A stretch of 64,000 bases of DNA from Azolla caroliniana. Taxonomy: Eukaryota; Plantae; Polypodiophyta. Of this stretch, positions 49,701 through 61,581 are shown piece after piece. Each line of letters begins with the position of its first letter. Position 1 is the stretch's first letter. Made by a program: the position numbers and the translations under genes. The notes beneath the pieces are model-generated. The model made no database searches, was not told where the DNA came from, and saw nothing but the letters and a program-made list of their open reading frames with translations. The stretch spans positions 4,898,001 through 4,962,000 of the forward strand of contig JBHGNT010000008.1 of the NCBI GenBank assembly GCA_043228905.1. The letters are read 5' to 3'.

Positions 49701-52593
49701 TTCCTTTGCAACATTTACCGGTCGGGGCTTGTCTGCTGTGCCGAGGTCCACCTCCTCTAGTTGGGATGCTTTTACCCTCTGGGATATCGTCATTTCCCTC
49801 TCTAGGGATTCCTGCGCTTGTCGCAGTTCTCGGATCGCCGCTTGGTCCGGTTCATCCGGCGTCGTAATGTACGGTTCTACTGCCGCCGTGATATCCACCT
49901 CAAATAGTGGGACGATTCGTGGGTGTTCCTCGAGGTACCGCTCGACTTCCTCGTCCGGTAATCCCTCCAACATGTTAATGCTTTCCGCATACAATGGAGT
50001 TGCTTCCTTACTGGTGATCACCCGTGGTTGCGTCGTTACTCGTACCTTTGTTTTCCCTCGCCGGAATGTGATCATGTTCTTTTGCCAGCTCTGCTTGATA
50101 TGCGCCGTTCGCAGCCATTGTTGTCCTAGCAGTAGGGGGTACGCGCCTTGTACATTCAGCTGCAGCACCACGGCCGATATCCGGAATACGTGGCCTCCGA
50201 TCGTTACTTCCAAATCCCGGATAAGCCCGGTCGGTCGGACTGAGCTGGTATCCTCCATGCGTAACCAGAAGGGGCATGGTTCCCATTCCCGGATGCCCAG
50301 GTTGTTGCATGTCTGTCGGCTGATGACATTTACCCCGGAGCCTCCGTCAATAATCGTTCCAGCAATTTCCTTTCCTTTCATGATTGCCGTGATCGCCGGG
50401 CTACTTGTATCGACCACCGCTGGTCCTTCCTCCGGGTTGGAGAAGAATGCCGGTGCTGGCGTCGGCTTCGGTTTGCTCACGGATGCCTGTAGGTCAGCCG
50501 TAAACCGTGGCACCAACTGTAGTAGTCGTGCTAACGGCAGCACGATTTGACAGTCCTGTAGTGCTTGCCACGTCGGGTTTTCTCCTGGCTGTTTGATTTC
50601 TTCGTCTTTTGGCATATTTTGGTCTCTTACTTCTGCCGCATTCTGTTCATTGGCCTCCTTGATCCTATGTGCCGCTTGTTTTCTGATTGCCTCCTGGGCT
50701 TCCCACTCGGCGGTCTTTCCCTTTGACCGGGTTGTGACCTGCTGTACTTCTGTTATTTCGGCTGTAACCATGTTGACTTCCGGCTGCTTGTCATTGGTTT
50801 TGCTTGGGCATTGGTTACTATAGTGGCCTTCCTTACGGCAGTAATAACAGTACACCTTGTGACTGTTGCTCGTTTCTCCTTTGTCCCCGGTTTGGAGGGC
50901 GGGTATGCTCCGGCGGTCGTCTTCGGTTTTTCGGTTATCCGGTACCGATACCAGGTTGTCATTCCTCGCTGCCTCCCGACGTTCCTCTCTTCGGAAAAAT
51001 CCACGCTTCTGATTCCGTCGGAAATTTCGGTTCCCTTGTCGCCTCTCTTCTCTGCGTCGTTCGTATTCTGGGGATTCGTCTCGGTCGTACCGGTCCCGGG
51101 GGTAGCTATCTCTCCTCTCGGTCATAGTTATCGCGTCTTCTATCAGCGTATCTGTTACCGCGTTCGCGTTGGTAGCGGTCGTCTCTCCGGAATCGATCCT
51201 CGTCCGGGTTCTGATTGCGCGGTTCTATGTGTCGAACCGGTGCTGCCTGCCGATTTAACAGGTTATATTCGCATCGGTCCGTTGTATGGGCTCGAGAGTT
51301 GCAGATCATACATTGTGTCCGCAGGGTGCAGTCTACTGTTGAGTGCCCCGAATTTAGGCATGTTGTGCATTGTAAGGCCTGTCGGAACCTCAGGTCTTCC
51401 TCCTTCGGGAGTGCCCGGTGTAACATCCCCATCGACAAGAAGGGGCTAGTCTTGTCCATTTCTAAAACCCGATCAATAACTTGGTCCATTGTGCTGGTTT
51501 GGAAATCAAGGACTCCGCACATTGTTCGAAGTGGCTCTTTCAGCGCGGCCAAAAAGACTGCTTTGGCTTCGTCTTCGGGTGGTGCTCTTGTCAGTTGGCT
51601 GTGCAGGGTCTGAAACCTAATGATGAATTGTGGCACAGTCTCGTTCTCTTCCTGCCGGGTGGTGTAGAACTGCCCGACCAATTCCCTTTGCTCAAATTGT
51701 CTGTGAAAAAGCCTGAGGAATCTGGCCTTCAAGGCATCGAATGTGGCAAAGCTGCCCGGTAAGTGCTTTGCGTGCCATCGGGCCGTCGGTCCTTCTAAGG
51801 TTATGCCGAATTCGGCGACTTTGGATCGTTCGGCTTCGGGTTCCGTCAGTCTTTGGGAGACATGGTTGGCTTCCCATGTTTGGAGGAATGCGTACACGTG
51901 TGCCTCCGCGTCAGCCTCATCCCGGTACTTTGGGTATGGGTACGGCATCGTGTCGTCCAACTGACTCTCCTGCTTCCTCCGCTCTCTGTCCGCTGTTGGC
52001 GTTGGTGTGAGAACCTTTGGTTCCTCCGCGGGTGTTGCCGGTGTCCGGTCCTTTGGTTCCTCCGCGGGTGTTGTCGGTATCCGCTGCTTCGGTTCCTTCG
52101 CGGGTGTTGTCGGTATCCGCTCCTTCGGTTCCTTCGCGGTTGTTGTCGGTATCCGGTCAGCCTCCCTCGGCGATTGCCGGTCACCGAATTCCAGGGTTAT
52201 TTCTTCCTCTGGCTCCGGTGTTACTGAGTCTTCCGACCCCTCTTCCTCCCGGTCGTTTGGTGTGTCGTGGCTGCTTTTATACCGGGACGCAACGCTTCCG
52301 TCGCTTTCCGACTCCGCCTCAAGTGTTGCGAATGCTTCCGAGTCCCCGTCGCCCCCGACGAGCGTCTGTAGTATCGTTTCCGCCTCTTGCAGGCTTGTTA
52401 TGCTACTGCCTTCGTCGGGGATTTGCAGAACCCGGAACTGCAGTGCTTCTTCTGCGACTCTCCGAAGAGTTTTGGAGAATGACCGATCCCGCCGGATCTC
52501 GTCGACGGCTTGCTGCAGGGCTTCCCGTCGTTGCTCGCGTTCGGTGTATCGTCTCCCTCGTTCGGTGATGTGGTCGTCGTTTGGTCTAGACAT
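46800..52593 (-). pseudogene. Gypsy copy 2 gag-pol, disrupted
   Basis: Same domains as copy 1; frameshift ~51110 and stops at ~49617, 48345, 47877. Confidence 0.92.
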
Positions 52594-55453
52594 CCATCCC
52601 CCGGTTGTCCTCTGCACTTTGCAGGAATCGTGGTTGCCAAAATAGTGTTGTCTGCCTGGCCGGACTAGCCTCAACACAGGTGTCTATCCGACACTTCTCC
52701 AAAGGGGTGGTAAGGATTGGATGCTAGGTTACACACGTAAGATGATTACAATTAAGCACAGACGGTAAACAATACGAAGATACAGATAAACACGCAATAA
52801 TTACTATTGTATTACTTCCATCAAACCCTTTACAAATCATCGGATCCTTTTATAGGCATCCGGCAAGGTTACAATCGGTGCGCTTAGGCAACCGACATCC
52901 GAATCGGTCCGGATCCGAATCGGTCCGGATCCGGATCGGTACAACTGTACCGGATCCGTCCCTCCGAATAATAATTCTACTATTATTTACTTCCTATTAT
53001 CCGATCTGACTCCGCCTTCCCACTTGTCCTTGCTCTTCTGACCGGCCAACAATGACAATTGTCCGTGTATTGTTGGTGGTAGCAGCGACAAAGGGGACAT
53101 CTACTTAGATGGATGTGAAAAGCGAGTTCTTGCAAGGTGATCTTGAGGAACAAGTGTACATGGTACAACCCCCCGGATTTCTATCCGAACGTAACACCTC
53201 GACTGAAGTCGTTATATGGACTCACGCAAGCCCCGCGCAGCAGGAACACGAAGATCACGCAACGCTTGCGTAGGATGGGGTTTGCTCCATCGAAATCAGA
53301 CTCTTCATTGTTCATTCAGCAGAGTTGGATCGGACTGATTAACATACTGCTATATGTTGATGATCTAGTCTTCGCTAGTGCCGACCTTGGAGAAATCGGC
53401 CGAGTAAAGTCTTATCTTGCGGCATAATTCAAAATGAAGGATCTAGGGGACCTTCATTACTTCCTCGAGATCGAAGTGATCTAAAATCCCTAAGGCATAT
53501 TGATCAGCCAACGCCATTACATGCTCAATATGCTCTTCAAGTTCAGGATGGCGAATTGCAAATCCATCTCAACCCCTCTAGACAGAAACGTGAAGCTTCA
53601 CCGAGATTTGGGAAAGGCAGGCGACCCGAAACGATTCCGACAAATAGTCGGAAGCCTTATTTACTTGACTATCACGCGGTCGGATCTTAGCTACCCGGTT
53701 GGCTTGATTAGTCAATTCATGTCGCAGTCAAAGGCCCAACACCTTTAGTGCGCGCAAAGGATATTGTGATATGTCATCGACACTAAGGATAGGGCATTGT
53801 TATATTGGGAAGGAGTAGCCGAGATGTTAGTCGGCTACACGGATGCCGATTGGGTGGAAATGCCGGCGATCGCAGGGTTTGCGTTTTCACTGGGAAGCGC
53901 CATGTCGCTTAGAGCAGCAAAAAGCAGCCAACAGTGGCACTATCTAGCACTGAGGCCGAGTATCGAGGGGCAGCTGTCGCTACGTGCGAAGCCATTTGAC
54001 TCAAAAGTCTTTTGAAGGATCTACGGGTGGAGGTGTCCGAACCGACAATCATATACTATGACAAACTTAACAATATTCCACTTGCGAAGAACCCCATCTT
54101 CCATGCCCGGACAAAGCACATCGACTTGCATTATCATTTTGTCCCTGAGCAAGTTGCCGATATCTTCACCAAACCTCTTGGGCTAGACAAGTTGCGGCAA
54201 TACTCTTGCATGCTTGGTATACAACACCTTGATATGCCAAACTTGACGTGGAGTGAAGAAGCCAAAAAGGAGTGAAACGAAGTCCAAAAAGCTGAATCAG
54301 ATGAAGAATTTGATTTCAATACGACTGAAGAAGTTGGAACGTCCAAGTCGGTTGGAGAAGCCAAGGATGCATGGAAAAATGAAAGAAGATTGGCTAAAAA
54401 ATGGTTTGTTAAATGCAGGGGGAGCGGCCGAAAAAGAGATTTGAAGCCAGAACCAACCGAACCAAAGGGAGGTAGAGCCAAGAGAGGCGGTAGAGTCGAG
54501 AAGGACAGAGCACATCAAGTGAAGGCCAGGACCAAGACATGGGCAGATGTGGTCAAGGACCTGGAAGAAGACGAATCGGAGACAGCCAATTCGGTTGAGA
54601 GTGGAAGCGAATCGGAAGCATCCGATTCAATCAAAATGTTCGATTCGGAGGAGCTGAATCGATTGGCCAAGCGGACAAGAAGGCAATCGAAGCCGACGCC
54701 GAGATAGAGGAGTCGACGGTTCAAGGGGCGTCAATACCACGATAGTGAAGGAGCTGACAAGGGCATGAGTAGCAGGCAAGCCGACCGAAGGGGTCGTGAG
54801 ACGCAAGGCCGGATTGGAGGAGGAGCGCAAGTGAGGTGTCGGCACACCAGGAGAAGAGACTGGAGTGATGATCCAATCAGAGCTTACATGGCGGGACCTC
54901 AAGTCGGAAGGATTCCAAAAAGGCCGTTGGGGGCATATATTCCTATTATAGTAAATAGGAATATTGTAGGAAGAATTAGTGTTAGTCTCATTTATGAACA
55001 TTCAAGGACTTACTGACGGTACTTATGTCAGCCCACTCGTCAGGGCTTGTATAAAAAGTGCTCACTGAGCACAATGTATGTACAGAGTGCTCTTTGTCTC
55101 TCTCTCATCACCATTCTCTGTGGTTACCTAACTGTCAAGTATTCGAACACCGACTGTGTACTCGGTGTCTTTCGCACACGCTTCCGCACACGAACCTCTT
55201 TTCAGAGGTGAGAGTGGTTGAATGAATCTTGAGCAGCTAGTTTCCAACCCTAATCTCAATAGTTCTCACACTCACACTCTCTCTCACCTTAGCTTTGTCT
55301 CTTAATAGAGGATCACAAGGAAGCACATAGAAGACAAGTATTGCAGAAAGACAATAACAACTTCTATTATAGAGAAAGTAAACAACATACATACAAGAGG
55401 TAGACTGATTAGGGTTTCACTCATTAGTACTTAACCTTAATAACTCTTAAATT

Positions 55454-57028
55454 TGTTGAGAGACAAGCTCAACATGGGCCAAATCGCCCGAAGAAGCCAA
55501 GAGCCGAGAGCTGAGGGTTGAATCGAGTAGAGTTCGATTCGGGTGTGCCGAATCGGAGGGAATCCGAAAAGGCCGTTAGGGGCCTATATTCCTATTATAG
55601 TAAATAGAAATATTATAGGAAGAATTAGTGTTAGGCTCATTTATGAGCATTCAAGTACTGATGGTACTTGTGTTAGCCCGCTCGTCAGGGCTTGTATAAA
55701 AAGTGCTCACTGGGCATAGTGTATGTACAGAGTGTTCATTATTTGAAATTATAGTGTCGTTGTCTGCCCCCCCCCTCTCTCTCTCAATATGTATCCATTC
55801 TTTGTGTTTACCTAACTATTGAGTTTCCGAACTAATCTATTGCGTACGTGGTGTCTTTTGCACACGCTTCCACACATGAAATTTTTCGAGTATGCTTGGT
55901 TTATAACATCTCGACATGCCGAACTTGAGGGGGAGGAGTAAAGCCAAGAAAGAGAGAGACAAAGTCCGAAAAGACGAATCGGATGAAGAATTCGATTTCG
56001 GCACAACTAAAGAAGTCGGAACGTCTGGATCGGCTAGAGAAGCCGAGGATGCATGGGCATGTGGAAGGAGATCGGCTAAGCAAAGACTAGCCACATGCAG
56101 GGGGAGCGGCCGAAAGAGAGAACCGAAGCTAAAGACAACTGAACCAAGGGGAGGAAAAGCCAAGAAAGGGAAGAGAGGCAGTAGAGTCGAGAAGGACAGA
56201 GCCGACCATGGGAAGGCCAGGACCAAGACATGGGCAGATTTGGTCAAGGGCCTGAAGGAGGACGGATCAGATATAGCCGATTCAGACAAGAGCTGAATCG
56301 GACAAAGGCCAAGCTAATAAGAAGGCCGTCGAAGCCAACCCCAAGATGGAGGAGCCAAAGGGTCGAGAGGTGCCAGTACCGTGACAACGAGGGAGCTGAA
56401 AAGGGCTTGTGTAGTAGACAAACCGACCATAGAGGTCGAGGTGCACGGAACTAGACGAGTCAAGAAGTGCCAGACCAAAGGGGTCGAGGGACGTAGGGCC
56501 GAACTGGACGAGGAGCGCGAGCGAGGCGTCGAGACGCCAGGAAAGGTTGGAATGACAAACTAGCTGGAGTTGGCACGGTGGGACCTCTAGTTGATGTTAA
56601 GGGAGGTGTTGAGAGACAAGCTCAACATGGGCCGAATCGGCTGGAGCCGAGAGCCGAATCGAATAGAGTTCGATTCGGGTGTGCCGAGTCGGAGGGAATC
56701 CATAAAAACTGTTAGGGGTGTATATTCCTATTATAATAAATAGGAATATTATAGGCAAAATTAGTGTCAGGCTCATTTATGAGCATTCAAGTATTGATGG
56801 TACTTGTGTCAGCCCACTCGTCAAGGCTTGTATAAAAAGTGCTCACTGGGCACAATGTATGTACAAAGTTCATTATTTGAAATTATAGTGTTGTTGTATC
56901 CTCTCTTTGTCTCCCTCTCTCTCAATGTGTATCCATTCTCTGTGTTTACCTAACTGTTGAGTTTCCGAACTAATCTATTATGTATCTGGTGTCTTTTGCA
57001 CACGCTTCCGCACACGAATACCTTTACA
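55454..57028 (+). mobile_element. Internally deleted Copia-C-family derivative (LTR - 0.7 kb - PPT - LTR)
   Basis: LTRs 55454-~55887 and 56607-57028 beginning TGTTGAGAGACAAG, PPT AAGGGAGG, TSD AAATT/AAACT. Interior homologous to 54205-54900. Confidence 0.82.
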
Positions 57029-57293
57029 AAACTCAAGTGAAAGATTGATGAGACTTGAGTTAGAGCTCTAAATAAAATTATGTGAAAGGAGAAAACCCGA
57101 GGAAGATCTCCCAAAGTCACCAAAAATGTGACTTTTACAATTTTTTACAATGGTGTTGGGCCTCTTTCATATTAGAGTTGTCATTTGCCCTCTAGTTTTG
57201 GGTGACATGTACTCTATCTCCATTTTTCTAGTGTTCCTTTAAGCTTTCTATGTATTCTAGTGCCAATGTCTTCGTCTCTCTTGTCCCAGATGA

Positions 57294-58031
57294 TGACGGG
57301 AACCTGACGTTCCTTATGCGCAACGCTCGGCCACAACTAAGATTCTTTTCATACACAGAAAACGGGAAATAGAACACGACACAAAGAGGAGAAAGATACA
57401 CAGGAGGTTAACGTGGAAAAACCCCAAACTAGGGGAAAAAAAACCACGGCAGCCCACAGGCTGCAAACTATCACTATGTATGAATGTACAAAACAGTGAG
57501 TTCACGGAGGCAACGACCTCGGACTCACGATCTTCGCCACAGGCGGCGGTTACAACAGAGGCAACGACCTCGTCTCTCTCTCTCTCTCTGTACAGTTACG
57601 CACTCTCTCTTCTTCTTGCACCAACAAGAAAAAAATGACAACAACAACAGTTACTAAAAGTTTTCCCTAAGTCATATTTATACTAATATGACTTTTCGGC
57701 TATTTACAAATATAGCCTCGATGGGCTCTCAGAAACATATTTACAAATATGTCTCTTCCTCTGGTTCATACCGGGCCTGCACCATCCGGCTCTCCGTAGC
57801 CGGGTACTCCTCATTCGGTTCATACCGGGATTGCACCATCCGGCTCTCCGTAGCCGGGTACTCCTCATCCGGTTCATACCGGGCCTGCACCATCCGGCTC
57901 TCCATAGCCGGGTACTCCCCATCCGGTTCATACCGGGCCTGCACCATCCGGCTCTCCGTAGCCGGGTACTCCTCATTGTTCGTCGGCACTGTTCTTCTCC
58001 CTTCCCATCCGGAGGGACCTGTTTCCCAACA
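57294..58031 (-). mobile_element. Solo LTR related to Copia A
   Basis: TG..CA, perfect TSD GATGA. Shares GCTCGGCCACAAC, ACGTGGAAAACCC, CCCTAAGTCATATTTATACT and TTTCCCAACA with the Copia A LTRs. Confidence 0.88.
57760..57976. repeat. 54-bp tandem repeat x4 in U3 of the solo LTR
   Basis: CCGGTTCATACCGGGCCTGCACCATCCGGCTCTCCGTAGCCGGGTACTCCTCAT. Confidence 0.92.
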
Positions 58032-59559
58032 GATGATAGGGTAAAGGTGAATGACTGCACACTTCCAGGTGCATGTCACTAGGTGTAAGGTAGAGATGAA
58101 TGTAGTTGGGCTAGTATTTGTGGGAAGCTAGGGGGTGCTAGTGGGGTGGCGGATGGAAAGGAAGGGTGGAAGGGTGCAGGGAGGCATTGGATGTTGAGAG
58201 GGGGAAGTTTAACATCCTCCATTTGGAAGGTGACCATGAAGTGTTCTTTTATGTTGCCTAATAGCCAATTGTAAGCAACATAATAAGCAATTGGCGAGGG
58301 CAAGGATCAACTGAAACTAGCATAGGCGGGTATGACGCGTGTGTTGACCATCTTTTCAAAATTGTGCTAGTGGGTGGAGGGAAAGATGTTGACATGTCTC
58401 CAGAGGCTGACTATTTTGAAATGGGTTGGACCTTTATTAAGATCGAATATAAGTGTCTAGGTAGGATGGTTGTAGTGGTACATCTACGGGGCATGAAAAT
58501 AGCAAGCCTTGAGGAGAGTCCAGAGAAACTACAAAATGCAGATGATTGCTTGGATGCCAAGATCAAAGATATCACACCTCTCCTTTCTTGAGTTGTTCTA
58601 ATTCTTAGTGAAATCCATTGAAGAGCTGAAATTGGTCAACTAGGTTTGCATAAACATGCATGGCCTTGAAGCTCTTGACAATAGCTACCTTCAAAGGAAA
58701 GGCATGCAAGATTAGTTATTGTAGTTATTAGTGGAGCATGAGGTGTGTAAGAGGGTGATTGAATGGGATGTCCTTTTGAAGTATAACATTTGTTAATTTA
58801 AGGCTCAAACAATTGAGTACACGGGTGTGGGTGTGGTTGCGGGTGTGGAGTTGGTTGGTGGTGGAGGTGAATTGTGGCGAGGTCATGGGGGTGGGGTGAG
58901 GTGGGGGCATTGGGATGGGGTTGGGAATTTTGTGGTGGGGGTTGTGGGTGGGTGGGGTTGGTGCCAAACATTATGGAAGGTATACAATGGGTGAGTAGAG
59001 GTGGCGAGGGAAGAAGTGAGTGTTAAGATTACCAGTTGACACCACAACAAAAAGATAAAAGCATTAGTTATGATGATAAAGACAAAGTAAAAGATTACAA
59101 GAAGAACATTAAGAAAAGACAAAATAATAGTTACAAAGAAGTAATGGCTACTCGTTATATATATTGTGAAATGCACATAAAGAGATCAAAACCAGCCTAC
59201 TTAGCTTCTTACGTCTTGCTCAATTTATAGTTGATACAAAGGTATCCATTTGGATTGACTTAGCTACATGCGTGCTAAAAGGGTGGGTTGGCTTAGCTAC
59301 ATGCATCCTAAAAGGGGTATGCTAAAAGGGTGGCACAAAGGAACACATGCACACCACATTTCCCCCATGAGAGAAACAAGGGGGTTTATGACACGGGGAA
59401 AGGATGAGGGTCAGAAGATGGGCTTGGTGTGGCATAGGGCTTGATACATGCAACATGGGCAGAGGTAAATCTGGTGTTTGAATCGTGTCGGAGCAAGTAC
59501 GTAGTGGATCTGATGGCACGAACTATAGTGAACGGGCCGATCCATTGGTGCATGAGGGA

Positions 59560-61581
59560 TTTGCTGAGACCGTGCCATTAGACTAGGAAGTAAACAAGGA
59601 CTTTGGTTCCATCAACATAAGTTGGGGTAATTTGAACCACATCGTAGTGCTGCTTCTGGCGCAACTGTGCGACTTGCAGGTTTTGGGAGTTGGCTTGTTG
59701 AAGGAGGGGGAGCATTTGTTGGAGCTAGAGCCCTCAAGTGGCACTATCCATGTTGGCAGGTTTGGAATGGACGTCAATGGATGATTCTGTGGGAGGCGAG
59801 GGTCTCGCCCATAGAGTGCTCGAAAAGGGCAGATCCGTGTTGACGCTTGTACGGATGTATTGTAGGCATGGGTGAGGCCAAGTTTTGTGGCATGGATTGA
59901 TGTAAACGACAATCTCCTGCTTGTGGGTCTTGTTGAGGCATTCGGTGAGGCCATTTGTCTGAGGATGGTATGAGAACATAAACACTTGCTGGACACCTAG
60001 TTGAGTTGCAATGGTGTTGAGGACATCCTCGTGGAACTGGTGGCCTTGATCAGATAATAGTTGGACGGGGTAACCATGCTGAAAAATTACCTTGTGCAAA
60101 AGTTGGGAGGCAATTGTTGGCGCTGTGACGTCAGGGATGGCAATGGTTTCAACCCATCTGGTGAGGCATTATGTTATGACTAGGATATACTTGTTGGCTT
60201 GGGGGTTTCAGGAAAAGGTCCCATGAAATCCCATTCGACGAGCTTGAAAGGTGACGTGACGCTGATGGGTTGGAGCATTCCAGTGGTTTTGACTGCAGGT
60301 TGATGTGTTGACACAACGCACATTGTTTGATGTAGGTAGAGACATAGTGCCGCATGTTGGGCCAGTAATACCTAAGGCATAAATTTTCAAGAACCTTGTG
60401 GAAACCGAGATGGCTTGACAATGGGTGGTCGTGATAAAATTGGAGGTATGTTTTGTTATAGGGAATGAGGGATGTAGAGGTGAGGCTTGTGATGTGCATG
60501 AATGAAGAACACCAAGTTATCACAGAGCATGAACCTCTCTTGTGAGGGAAATGGTTGGAGGAAGCGCAAGTGATGGGTTATCTCTTGGATGGCCGGGTCA
60601 TGTTACTGAAGTGTAACAACGACAATGGAAGTCCGGATGGCTCGGGGAGAAAGTGGATGGCTTGGAATTCGGCGCAAGAGAGATTATTATCAACCAAATT
60701 GGTTACACCTTTTCGATAGGAGAGGGTAAATTGATAATATTAGAGTGCCAACGTCCATCGCAACAAACAGCCTGGGGGGTGAGGTTGATGGATAAGAGAA
60801 AGCAAGGCTTCGTGGTCAATCTCAATCATAACCTGTCCACCATGAAGGTACGGGTGAAAACGCTCGAAAGATCAGACGATCGCAAGTAGTTCCTTATCGG
60901 TGGTTGAGTAGTTGCATTCAACTGGTGTGACAGTTCGGTTAATGAAGGAGATTGCTTTCTCTTGCTCGTGGCAATCTGCTTGCAAGAGGACGACTCCTAA
61001 CCCATGGTTTGCGGCGTCTGTCTGCAACATGAATTGATGATCAAAGTTAGGATGGATGAGCAACCCTAATTCTTGAACCATTGTTTTGAGGTGACGAAAG
61101 CTCTCTTCGCAAGCAAGATCCCAAATGAATGACACACCTTTCTTCAAGAGTTGGCGGGGGGGAAAGGTGATAGAGGTGAGGTTCGGGATGAATTGAAGGG
61201 AACAAGTGATCATGGCCAAAAACCGCTGCAATGTTTTTATTGAGGTGGGATAGGGATAATCGGTGATGGCAACAACTTGTGCAAGGTCCATACGGATTAC
61301 ATCACCAGAGATGATGAAGCCGAGAAAATGGAGGCGCTTCCCCATCGACACTTCTTCCATTGGAGTTGCAAGTTATGCTTAGTTATGTGAGCGAGGACTT
61401 CAACGAGAGTTTGTAGATGGCCCCCCAAGTGGTAGTGTGGATAAGGATGTCATCGAGATAAACGAGGAGGACGCCTTTGCTGATGAGGGTGGCGAAGATG
61501 GAGTTGGCCATGCGTTGGAATGTGCATCCGATGTCATGGACACACCAAGCATGGAATAAGACAGAGCACGAATGGTGAGGC
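59560..61581 (-). pseudogene. Old degenerate Ty3/Gypsy pol fragment (RT-RH-INT)
   Basis: TFQRMANSIF...VYLDDIL (~61455), LQTDAAN...NYSTTDKELLAI, YHDHPLSSH, LLSDQG..F, YHPQTNGLTE. Confidence 0.85.

Larger units (their letters stand above)
43055..53051 (-). mobile_element. Non-chromoviral Gypsy element, copy 2 (same family as 19234-28951)
   Basis: LTRs 43055-43444 and 52646-53051, perfect TSD ATGAC. Near-identical proteins to copy 1. Confidence 0.95.
39857..55204 (+). mobile_element. Ty1/Copia element C, degenerate, interrupted by Gypsy copy 2
   Basis: Partial 5' LTR 39857-40132, PBS TGGTATCAGA at 40133, gag/PR/INT 40239-42280 (HSDVWGP), RT split at VAKM|TIVRV, YVDD ~53353, RNase H to ~54250, partial 3' LTR 54901-55204. 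Confidence 0.87.

Noticed and set aside
57704-58082. Repeat-protein ORFs such as EEYPATESRMVQARYEP
   Set aside because: By-product of a 54-bp repeat inside a solo LTR that is open in several frames.
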